From NCBI GenBank assembly GCA_951406725.2, contig OX597823.1, forward strand, positions 44,702,001-44,766,000: a DNA stretch of 64,000 bases, in the 5' to 3' direction. This DNA is from Octopus vulgaris. Its lineage: Eukaryota. Of this stretch, positions 52,656 through 64,000 are shown one piece after another. How positions within the stretch are numbered: the stretch's first letter is position 1; each line of letters begins with the position of its first letter. The notes under the pieces were generated by a model that was given only the letters and a program-made list of their open reading frames with translations, made no database searches and was not told where the DNA came from. A program made the position numbers and the translations under genes.

Positions 52656-55109
52656 AATTAAATATCTCTTATTTTGTTTTATTAACCACACTTGTCGGAA
52701 ACAAAATTATGAATAACACATTTTTTACTGTTCAAGAATTTGTTTTACCCTTACTTTATTCAATTTTTAATCAATTTTAATTAACTTAAATATACTAATA
52801 ATGCAGGTTTAAATTCTGATTCCACTTTGTAAGGTGGTTGATAAAGAATCTTCAACGTCGAGAAAAGACTCATTTGAGCTGGCACTTTGGGGAATTTCCA
52901 CCACGTGAAATCACAACCTACCGGAAAATGCACGACCCACTTATATTAAGTATGTGTGGTCGATAATGCTTATTACACCAGCGCTGTTTCTATTTTATAT
53001 TTGAATTTATTCTTACGTATGCACATAGTTTTAAACTATATGCATATAAGTCGTGGATAGGTGGTACGATTCCCCTCCGATTCGTTTCGGGTACATGATG
53101 TTGATAAGCCACAAAAATGGCAAAACACTGGTGTCCATCGCTCCTGAATGGGATTTAGGGTGAGTTGTCTCGCCTGTCTATAGCTTTCTGGTGTTTCAAC
53201 ATTCGGTGCTTTGAGGGAATCATCTCCACCTCGCCATATCGCAGCATACCAGCAAACACACTTTGGTTTATAGTTAAGTATGTGTGATCGATAATTATAT
53301 CTTCTATCTTTGACTTTGTTCAGTTTTTGTACTGCAGCCATGCTGAGGGTGCCGCCTTACGTTGAACAAACCGGCAGGGTTCTAAACAAACCAACACCGG
53401 TTATCAAGCAGTGGTAGGGACTGGGGACAAATTCAAACACAAACACACACATACACACACACACACACACACACATTGATTTAATTAAAGAGGATCCATT
53501 AAGGATCAAGGCTTATCAAAGTGAAGCACTCCACAATTATTGGCGAGATAGAATGACGCGAATCAGACAGTTAAATAATCCATCATCATTTCACACAATG
53601 CATTGATGAAAAGAAGTCCACTGTTTGGTAATCTGCAAGTCCAATAGTATTCAAAAGTGTCTAAGGATGAATGGAACTTGAAGCGTGGCGTAAAAAACAA
53701 TAAAAACAGATGAATTGCTTATCTGATACTGATATAGTTATTTCATTAAGAGTTTTTATTAAGACGTAAACATAGTTAATTAATCAAGTTGTCTCTGCTG
53801 GAATTAACTTATTTCTTATTTGGAAAATAAGTCCCTTTTGGAAACACTTTGAAAGATAAAGAAAGATGTGAATACACACTGATACTACACAAAACGTGAA
53901 TTTCGAAGACACCCGATTAATGCTAAAGTTAGTTTGTGTGTGGTACGTTCGATGTTTGGATTTAGTGTCTACATATCGATCAAAAGGAAGATTATGATTA
54001 AGTTTAGGATCGACAATCTGTCTGCGAACTAAACCTTAATTCCATTAAGAAAATACAAATATAAAATGCTCACCGACGTTTGTTTTAATGCGTGTGTTCA
54101 AGCATGTATAGGAGCATATACCTTTCAACAGCTTAAATTTCTGTTTGAGGTGCTATTTGCAAAAATACAACAACACCTCCCACTAATTTGTAGGGTTTTG
54201 TACGAAGGGTTCTTTTCGTCAGTAAATTAAAGAACATATATAGGATTCTTGTTTTATTTATCTCTTTGTTTATTTATTTATTTTGGTTGAAGACAATTTC
54301 ACTACCTCGGTAGAGGTGTTTAACTACGTCATTTGAAAACATGCTTACGCCAGAGACACACAGATTAGGCTTTAGATGCCAGGAACATACAGATTAAGCA
54401 GATTAGGCTTAAGATGATTGTTTTCATGTTGGGGCCACAACTATAGCTGCTATTAGCAGAACACTTTACGTTTTGTAGATGCAACAAACGATCATTCCAA
54501 ATTGCACGGGCAGAAATACAGAATCTTATCTATTAGATTAGGAAACTCAACATCAAGTTAGGATCGACATTCAGAGACATTGACAAAAGAATTAACATGA
54601 CGCCAGCAAACCATATCTAGAAACTACAGCAACAGCCCCTACAACATCGAAAAGCGGGTACTCGAAAGATCAAAATAATATGCGGCCGGATTGAAGGGGT
54701 GCAGCATTCGTAAGGCATAAAGCACACACATTCTGTTTGAGTGGAGGAACCACAACTATTTAATTTTCATAACAGAGACACTCACCAGATACTTTCATAA
54801 AGACAAGTTTATCCTCTCCAATTGGAAAATACCATTTACACTAGATTAACAACATCACAAATTACAATATCAGCTGAACGAACGTTAGTTTCTTTAATGC
54901 TCAATTAAAACATTCTACCATTTACATTCAAATATACACTCAAAATCAACATAATGCATACATTAGAACCTTTACCTTAACATACAACCACCTCTAGATC
55001 AGTTACCATTCAACTGAAACATTCAAACCACCCATCTCAATAATCTCTGACAATGCAAGGAGCGCAACTTATTTTTAAATATCAATGACTTACTACACCT
55101 TCCAGTGAA

Positions 55110-55420
55110 GGATCATGGCTTAGTGGTTAGAGAAACGAGCTCATGATCATGAGGTAGGGAGTTCGATTCTCAGACCGGGCTGTGTGTTGTGTTCTTGAGC
55201 AAGAAAATTTATTTCACGTTGCTCCAGTTCACTCAGCTGTATCGGCTTCTGCCTTTCCCTTGGACAACATCGGTGTCATTGAAAGGGGAGGCTGGTATGC
55301 ATGGGCGACTGCTTGTCTACCGTAAACAACCATGCCCGGACTTGTGCCTTGGAGGATACCTTTTTTTTGGTGTAACCCCATGGTCATTCATGATCGAAGG
55401 GGGGTGATCTTCGCCCTTTA
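55110..55420 (+). mobile_element. SINE family C
   Basis: TGGCTTAGTGGTTAGAG...GAGTTCGATTC head and shared body. Confidence 0.82.
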
Positions 55421-55679
55421 CTACTCCTTCCTAACATTCACTCACAAGTAGAGTTTTCCTCGCAAGAATCCTGTCTGCTACGGATAGCCCCCACCTAAAG
55501 TTTAACTGAAGCCAATGTGAAGCTTGAAGGAAAATGTGGGGACAGCTTCGACTAAGCTTAAGGAGTTATCTTTCCCTATACATGAAGCTTACGTTTGTCT
55601 CCCAGATTCATAACTCTTAAAAGCATTAATGTTTTACTTTTACTTGTTTTAGCTAAAGGCTGCAGCTATCTATCAGGAA

Positions 55680-55750
<71 letters not shown>

Positions 55751-55935
55751 ATTGTACCAGAAACGCTGATACAGTCTGAAAATTTCGTTGAGGTACATGT
55801 AGAATGCTTAACTACTTGCACATTAATTCAATGGACAAGAAATTCATTTGCTCTAACAACTGCTGATAACTCGTTGCTGAAACCAATGGAGGTCTATCTA
55901 TCCCTGTATGTATTTATGTATGAGCGTGTATGTGT

Positions 55936-55986
<51 letters not shown>

Positions 55987-56698
55987 GGACACACGTGTAC
56001 TTAATGTAGCAGCAAAGGTTCAGTTTTCGCAAATAACGGATATAGTTCTTTCCGTGCGTCTATTGATCTTCAACTCTTAATTTTCTTTCTCATTTCCATA
56101 TATTTCCGATTCTCAGCGACCCAAATACATCCACCAAAAACGCTAATATATTTATCATCCACACACAAAAATGAAAATAATTAATGCTTACTTCTCTCAG
56201 AGCTATTACAAGTCATTATTCCACCTACAGTTTTCCAACAAACTATTTACAATACCCACACCAGCAATAACAAATAAATATTTGTGCAAAGGAGTGGGGC
56301 CTTGAACTATGATACGAACATTAATTATACGTTTTATAACTGTTAAGACGTCTATGAATTAAATAATGATGCATTAAACATTGTTTTTGGCAAATTTGAA
56401 ATGTAAGTCACACCGCTTTAATAAACATAGTTTTAGACGCCTTATGAAAACTAAACAAACTGGTTACACAGTCCACGTTTTATCTAGCTGTTAACAAAAA
56501 AATAAAGGAAAAAGAAGAAAAAGGAGTAGCTAGATCGTTAACGTGTAAACCCTGACTCAACCATTTAATATAAACTAGAGTCCTTTTTACCATTCTTTCT
56601 ATATCAGATTCGCGACTTCTGGGGAAATAATAATAATAAAACTATTACGAGAAAATTTCGGTTAAGTTTGCACTGGTGTGACATACACACACACATGC

Positions 56699-57375
56699 GA
56701 ACTTGAGGTTAGTTAAAGTATGTTAGTAACATATTTCAACTGCTAAAGGCAAATTCACTACAGATACCGTGGAGATGAATTCTCTCTTATGGTAAAAAAA
56801 AAGGGGTAAAATCACTGCATCCGTCCAGTGCTTCCACCTGTCGGATTCCATGACATCGATGTTTCTAGCTCTTCAGTCGTTATCAATGGGAAATACTGAA
56901 GAGAGGCAACTCTAGACAGACCTAATCAAAGCCGTAGCTTTAACTAAAATATAGTCGACAACATTGACTGACTAGCACCAGTAGACCGCCAAAGTCATGA
57001 AAATTACTGAAATATCAACGCCAAGCAGTGATTAGGCATAATTGAACTTTAGTTTAGTTAAAATATGTTTGTTACATATACAAATGCTAATAACAAATTC
57101 ACTGCAGTAACCTTGCAGAAAAATTCTCTATTATGGTAAAAAGGTACTGTAATTTTCACGAATTTGGCGGTCTGCTGGCGCAAATCAGTCAGTATTATCA
57201 ACTGTATTCTAATTAAAACCACGGCTTTGATTAGGTCTGTCAGGAGTTACCTCTATTCAGTGTTTCCCATTGATAACGACCAAAAGTCTAGAAACATCGA
57301 TATCTGAGAACCCGACATGTGGCAGCATTGGACAAATATGGTATTTTTAGACCTTTTTACCATAAGAGAGAAATT
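56699..57375. repeat. Local duplication with ~100-bp direct repeats and ~230-bp inverted arms
   Basis: Direct: 56699-56800 vs 57044-57144. Inverted: 56778-57009 vs 57147-57375. Confidence 0.88.
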
Positions 57376-57494
57376 TTCTCCTAATTGTAAATAACCACTT
57401 TAGCACCGTTTTCTTAAAATAAAGCCTTCTATTTCTCTGTCCGAGAAACTTACCAAAAGAAAATGATCTCTACTTAGATAAACTATGTCATCGG

Positions 57495-57575
57495 GACGGC
57501 GAGTGGCTTAGTGGTTAGGGTATTCGGCTTAGAATCGTAAGGTCGTGAGTTCGATTCCTGGTGGCGCGTTGTGTC
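57495..57575 (+). mobile_element. 5' part of a family C-type SINE split by the Gypsy insertion (3' part at 62330-62375)
   Basis: GTGGCTTAGTGGTTAGGG...GAGTTCGATTCC...GTTGTGTC resumes as CATGAGCGAGACACTGTTTCACGTTGCTCCAG after the 3' LTR. Confidence 0.85.
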
Positions 57576-58069
57576 TGAAGCGTACCCATCGTGACTGCTT
57601 GGATTGTCTCAGGGCTAAACATAAAAGCCCGGAAGGGACACAGCAGGCAGCCTCAACGCGTGCGCAAAACACAGCAGCCCTTAAACAAAATGGAAGTCGT
57701 GAAAGGCATATAATGAGCCCGACTGACAAGACTCTTTCTCTTTTTCCTTTTGGGCAGTCAGCTCGCCAACTGCCCACAGTTAGGACTGCTAGCTCTCCTC
57801 CTTATTTCAGCGCCCTACACGTGGTGTCGCGATGCCTCTCTCACAGTAGGTACCATCAAACAATGAATGCACACATTTAATCATTAGTACCAGAATGCCA
57901 TAACATCACTCCAACATTACCCCAGCCTTTATACATCTTGCCACGAATTTCCACCAAAATAAAAATTGTCATAGTTATATTTAGAGTATTTATTCTTCAT
58001 TTACACGCAGCCCACATCTGATCATCACATTACCAACCACACACTGAATACACACATATACACACTAAA
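57576..58069 (+). repeat. 5' LTR
   Basis: TGAAGCGTACC...CACTAAA, homologous to 61883-62329. Confidence 0.92.
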
Positions 58070-61000
58070 GTGTTGAACCCGACGTTGGAGAAAAGATTTC
58101 ACAAGCTGATTAACGATGAACAGCTGGGAAACCGATCCCCGTCGTAGCTGTTACCTAGAATGCTTCAGCTTGCAGAAGACAATTCATTACAGAGCGGTTT
58201 TCTCAAACAATTATTTTTTTCTCGCCTGCCTGCTAACGTCCAAGCCATCCTCGCACTGTTGTGCGATATCAGTACCGTTGAACAATTGGCGTCATCAACC
58301 GATAAAATTATGGAGCTATCAGCCGATAAAATATTGGAGATAACTATTCTGACGATACCTCTTCCTTATTCTTCTATTACCGTAGCATCCAAGTTCCAGG
58401 ATTTTCGGCGCACCACAGTACAAAACAATTGAAGACCTGGTAGCGGAAGTTCGCAATCTCTGTTTAGAAAGGAATACGGTCCCACATGCAAGACGCCGAT
58501 CTTGCTCAAGATCTCTATCCAGACATTGGTACATTGGCAATCAGGGATCTATATGTTGGTACCATATCAATTTCGGCGCCAAGGCAAGGAAATGCACACC
58601 ACCTTGTTCATATAGTATCCAGAGAAACGTCAGAACGGAGCAGTAAGCATAGCTACTGTTTCTGGTATCACCCCACCAAGTCGTGCAATTTTTATTAAAG
58701 ACGAAATTTCCCAGAAAAAGCTTCCTGGTTGATTCAAGAACCGCCTGTAGTGTCTGGCCAGATAAATAACCCAGCCACTACCTTGCAAGCGGTCAACCAT
58801 TCACCTATCACAACATATAGTGAAATTTCTTTCACCATAAAGATACAACTCACACGATGCTTCCAGCGGGTTTTTCTAGTCGCCGATCTGCCGTACCCGA
58901 TCTTTAGAGCAGATTTCCTCTCTCATTTTTCCTTACTGATCGATCTGAAGAACAGGCAACTAATCGACAGTAAGACGTAACTCAGTGTATGTGGCACTGA
59001 CCTTTTTTTTTTACAGAGCCAGTCCGATTTTCTTTGCCATCACTGCTTCCAACAAATATCCCTCATTGTTGCAGTCGTTCCCGGAGCTAACGAAACCCAT
59101 GTCCTATGGAAAGGATAATTCACACTCCGTAGAACACCACATTTCGACCACGGGCCCTCCTGTTTTTTCTCGCCCGACACGTTTGTCAGCAGAGAAACTT
59201 AAGGCCGCAAAAGCGGAATTCGAGTACATGTTACAGCTCGGAATTGTACGTCCTTCTTCCAGTAGCTGGGCTTCTCCATTATTCATGGTCCCGAAGAAGC
59301 CATCTGCCGACTGGGGACCCTGCATAGACTATAGACGCCTTAATACCATCACAGTACCAGACCAGTATTCCATTATACACTTCAGGATTTTACTGCTTCG
59401 CTACACGGCATTACCATTTCTTTGAAGCAAGATGTCTGTGCATATCACCAAATACCCATCCACCCGGCCAGCATTCCAAAAATTGTCATAACCACTCCCT
59501 TTGGAGAAATTTCGAGTATTTAACAATGCCATTCGGATTACGTAACGCAGAGAGCTCCTTCTAGCGCTTCATAGACGAAGTCACCCGTGATATCCATTTC
59601 GTGTATGCGTTCATCGACGGTCTCATTGCTAGTTCGTCTGAAACGGAACATGAAAGTCATCTACAACAGCTATTTGCTCGTTTGTCACTGCATAGCATCC
59701 GGATCAACGCTACGAAATGTGCTTTCAGAGCTTCCTCCCTTACTTTCCTAGGACACACTATCGACAAAGACGGAATCAGGCCCTTAGCCGAAAAAGTGGA
59801 TGCAGTCGAAAAGATTCCTCTACCTACTTCACTGCGTAAAGTCCATCATTTCACAAATATTGGCACCCCTTACAGAAGGAAAACAAATGAACTCCTAACT
59901 AGACCAAAGCCTTTCAGGACATCAAACAGAGTTTATCACACGTCTCTATACTGACCTATCCGGCTCCTGACGCAAAGCTGTCGCTGTCTGTAGACGCTTT
60001 GGATCTTGGTGCTAGTTCTGTGTTACACCAACAATGTTGTTCCAAATGGAAATCTCTTGCGTTCTTTTCAAAACGGCTCAAACCAGCCCAGACTCGTTAC
60101 AATATTTTTCAGTCATGAACTGCTCGCCATCTATCTCGCAGTCAAACATTTCCGGCACATACTGTAAGGCAAGAATTTTACGATCTACACTTATCACAAG
60201 CCGCTATCCTTTGCTTTGAAATGCAAGCCCAACAAATTCTCACCCCGAGATATACGTTACCTGGATTTGATTTCCCAATTCACCAGCGATATCCAGCACA
60301 TTCCTGGAAAAAAGAATATCGCTGCTGATGCTTTATCTCGTTTGTCTATCGACTCCATATTCTCATCCGCTGAGATCAATTTGGATGCCATGGCTAAAAA
60401 TCAATCACGAATTGAAGACAGAGTTCTCTCCCTTTAACCTTCAACAACTACCTGTAACAACTTCAAACTGCGATTCTTTGTGACATCTTCACCAATGGCG
60501 CTCCTTCATTTGTGTCCGAGAACCATAGACGTCGAGTGTTTTCGGTGTAACATAACATCTCACACCTTGGCGTTGCTGCCACTTTGCAGCTAATTGCAAC
60601 TCGTTTCGTCTGGCCCAACATGAGGAGACACCACCGAATGAATCAGGAATTGCCTGCCTTTCCAGAAAGCGAAGGTTCTCAGGCACATCAAAGCACCGCT
60701 GGGAACATGCACACACCCCGACGCTCGTTTCCAGCATATCCACACAGACCTTTTAGGACCTTAGCCCTTGAGTCAGGGATATAGTACTTGTTGACGAGCA
60801 CAGACCGTTTCTCACGATGGTTGGAAGCCATACCCATCACAGATACCTCATCACCTAGCGTCGTTCAGGTGCTCGTATCGGGTTGGATTTCTCGTTTCGG
60901 TACTCGTTAAACAATTACAACCGACAGAAGTCGGCAATTTGAATCTCAATTTAAACCACGATCTGACAAAAATCTTAGGATCAAGAAGCAATCGCAGAAC

Positions 61001-61882
61001 GAGCAACAATTCTGCTTCAAATGGATCAATCGAACGATTCCATCGCCAGTTAAAAGTATCTCTGCGTGCATATCCCGACCCACAGAAATGGATGGAATAT
61101 TTGTCCGTTGTTCTTGGTCTTCGTTCCATCGTCAAGGCAGACATTGGTTTTTTATTCCCAGCAGAATTGTTGTATGGATGACCTTTATCATTATCTGGTC
61201 AAATAATCACTCCAGTTTCTTTGCATTCACCAGATTACACAAGCTATGTGGATCGTCTTAGATATTACTTGGAAACTTTGCCTCGCACCAGCACAAGACA
61301 GCAATCCATTAAGTCCTATGTTCCTGCGGACATATCATTCTGGACTTATGCTTCCGTGAGGATTGATGCGGTTAGCCAACTGTTAACCCAACCCCCATAC
61401 CAAGGACCTTACCGAGTGTTATCCTATTCAGAAAAATTAGTCACTATTGACTATAAAGGTGCGAAAGACACTGCCAGTGAGGATAGACTGAAAAAGGCCT
61501 ACACAGATACAACTGTTCCCACTCCCATTACACATAATGCACGCACTACTGACACAACAAACTTCAAATTCGCCTTCATTAACAATTGGGAGCGGAGGAA
61601 AAGTGCATTGGCCCCAAAAATTGACCCAGACATATCTAAACGAACATTGAATGAACTTTTCCCTCGAAATGTGATATTTTGTTTTCATGCCATTTCCATT
61701 GTTGATGTATGCTATTTTCATTGTTGTGTTTGCACTTTGTTTTATTATCGTGCTGTTACATATTACATTTCCTTTGGTTTATTAGTTTGTACCTTAAAGG
61801 CTTCTGGCATGTTTTGCACTGTAGTTACATATTTTCTTTCGTCTCTCGTTATTGCCATAGCTTCACGACTGCCAAGGGAATC

Positions 61883-62329
61883 TGTAGCGTACCGTCGTGC
61901 CTGCTTGGATTGTCTCAGGGCTAAACATAAAACCCCGGAAGGGACACAGTATGCAGCCACGACACATGCACAAAACACAACAGCTCTTAAACAAAACAGA
62001 AGTCATGAAAAGCATATAAAGAGCCCGACTGACAGGACTCTCTCTTTTTCACAGGTAGGAATGCTAGCTCTCCTTAATTTCACCGCCCTACACAAGATAT
62101 CGCGATGCCTCTCACAGTAGGCACCACCAAACAATGACTACACACATTTAATCACTAGTACCAGAATGCCATAACATTACCCAAGCCTTTGTATATCGTG
62201 CCACGAATCTCCACCAAAATAAAAATTATTATAATTATGTTTAGTGAGCGTTTATTTTTCATTTACACGCAGCCGACATCTGATCCTCACATTACCAACC
62301 AAACAATGAATAGACATATATTCACTAAA
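61883..62329 (+). repeat. 3' LTR
   Basis: TGTAGCGTACC...CACTAAA preceded by purine-rich AAGGGAA. Shorter than the 5' LTR through small indels. Confidence 0.92.
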
Positions 62330-63764
62330 TGTCCATGAGCGAGACACTGTTTCACGTTGCTCCAGTCCACTTGTAGTGACAACTATGAGTAATATTTGTA
62401 TTCCAAAGAACTTGTAATTGGAACCAGTATAAGACTTGCCATTGTCATTAATTTAATGTGAGTGTTCTGTGACAGCGTGTGAAAAGAAAGTCAAAAGGCA
62501 AAGTATATATATAACATTTAAATTTATTTTTGAAGGGTAATAAGTACTCGCAAGAAGCTATAAGAATAATTTTTTAAACTCGTGTGTGAATGCTAAACAA
62601 ACGGTGCAGATAGACATGAAGAAATTCGCATGACTTGCGATATATTTCATTTGGGTGGCTTACATGCCTCAGAATGAAAACAGATATAAATGAAATGTAT
62701 TGCGAGGCGTTGGTAGTGTACACTGTAATAGTCGCAAATCAGAAAAGGTGATGTTGCTACTAGGACCGTCAATGCTACAACTCAATTAGCTATTTGAAAA
62801 AGGCGCGTATACTGTTGGGCGGAAGTTGCTACATGTATCCTTCTACAGCCAGCTCCAATTGGACAAAGTGGCCATAGCACGGCTGTGCTATGCCACCATG
62901 ACAAAATAATTCTTTTCTGTTACCTACAAACCTGTCTTGTCACATTCTGTCTCTCCCTGGAAACTATGTTAATGGTATGAATGTCTGTGGAGTACCCAGC
63001 CACTTGCACGTTAATTTCATTAGCAGGCTGTTCCGCTGATCGAATCAACTGGAACTTATGTCGTAACCGACAGAGTGCCAGTTTATTTTCTAAAGTCATC
63101 AAGTGAAACTTGAACTCCCACTTAATATTTTTTTTTAGGATAAATTCTACCCTACTACTAGCATTGACATCTCTTGACAGTAAATGTTTGGATACTATTC
63201 CTCAAATTCTTTTTAAAATATATTGTCATACATAATATTATTGTCATACTCAAACGTGAATATGCAAATCGCCGTTATGTTTCGTATTCGGAGGACTGCA
63301 TATATTAAATGAAGGTCTTCGTTTTAATTCTCGCTGTTTACCAGCCATATACGGTCTAAATATTCTACCCCCTTCATGTTCAAAATGGCCAGATCTGGTC
63401 TCTCATACCGACGCTACAGTCATTCTAAAAATAAACAATCATATCAAAATTCCCGAGTTACGAGATAACCCGATTAACTCAAAACAGATTGAATAATTAA
63501 GCATTACATTTGACAGAATAAGCTGAATGTTACAGAGATAAAATAACTTTCTCCCAAATTATCGCTCCCGCTCATACATACATACATACGTGTGTAAATT
63601 CAAAGGCGTTTGAACCCAGACATTTAGATAACCTGTTGTAACCTGTTAGTCTTAATAGATTCATTTGATCGAAGTAAAATTGAAGGGAGATAATTCTAAG
63701 CTAATTCATACATCATTATGTATGAATTACTCCCCTTGGAAAATTGATTCCTTTTTTAAAAAAG

Positions 63765-63930
63765 GTTTCAAATTTTGGCACAAGGCTAGCAATATCGGGT
63801 GAGTTGGGCAAGTCGATTACATCGACCCCGACGAGATGAAAGGGAAAGTCAACCACAGCGGAATTTGAACTCAGAACATGAAGACGAACGAAATGCCGCT
63901 ACGCATTTTGCCAGCTAGCCTGACCGTCTT
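63765..63930 (-). mobile_element. SINE family B with an internal deletion
   Basis: GGAATTTGAACTCAGAAC and GTCGATTACATCGACCCC segments. Confidence 0.75.
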
Positions 63931-64000
63931 AAGATTTTCAAAATATTCATGAAAGATTTACATTGCGTATTTTGCGGCATAGTAGGGGTCGCATCGTGGA

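Larger units (their letters stand above)
57576..62329 (+). mobile_element. Decayed Ty3/Gypsy LTR retrotransposon
   Basis: Two LTRs and 4-bp TSD TGTC (57572-57575, 62330-62333). PBS-like TGTTGAACCCGAC. Frameshifted gag (LEKRFHKLINDEQLG; CWYHINFGAKARKCTPPC), protease, RT (WASPLFMVPKK..DWGPCIDYRRLN, MPFGLRNA), RNase H and integrase (DRFSRWLEAIP, SNGSIERFHRQLK, PPYQGPYRV). Confidence 0.95.

Noticed and set aside
57495-57570. tRNA gene
   Set aside because: A and B boxes are present, but the sequence continues into a SINE body shared with other copies and lacks a proper acceptor stem.
61221-62120. 299-aa ORF as an env-like or host gene
   Set aside because: It is the integrase C-terminus (GPY motif) reading through the 3' UTR into the LTR.
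62795-62900. Promoter-like GGCGGAAG/CCAAT cluster
   Set aside because: Short motifs only, with no associated exon found.

Overview
AT-rich eukaryotic DNA, dense in microsatellites and transposons. The SINE families and repeat style suggest an octopus or other coleoid cephalopod (inferred from recall, not searched). Almost all ORFs in the supplied track are microsatellite artefacts or transposon remnants. One convincing host gene is hidden by splicing: a 4-exon + strand gene (21987-22055, 24398-24557, 25811-26034, 28299-28460) with canonical phase-matched splice sites. It encodes a 204-aa, probably secreted, three-module cysteine-rich protein resembling the Argos/giant-lens and scoloptoxin-11 class. 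The rest is nested mobile DNA. Retroelements: three tRNA-derived SINE families (one in a tandem array), Penelope-like remnants whose terminal repeats carry hammerhead-like motifs, a young 5'-truncated CR1-group LINE, RTE and R4/Dong fragments, and a decayed Gypsy element with both LTRs and a TSD. DNA elements: Tc1 and mariner fossils, Merlin-, hAT- and piggyBac-type MITEs, Helitron/Helentron-type elements and several inverted-repeat structures. Exon, TSD and LTR boundaries were counted by hand. Boundaries of degenerate repeats are approximate.
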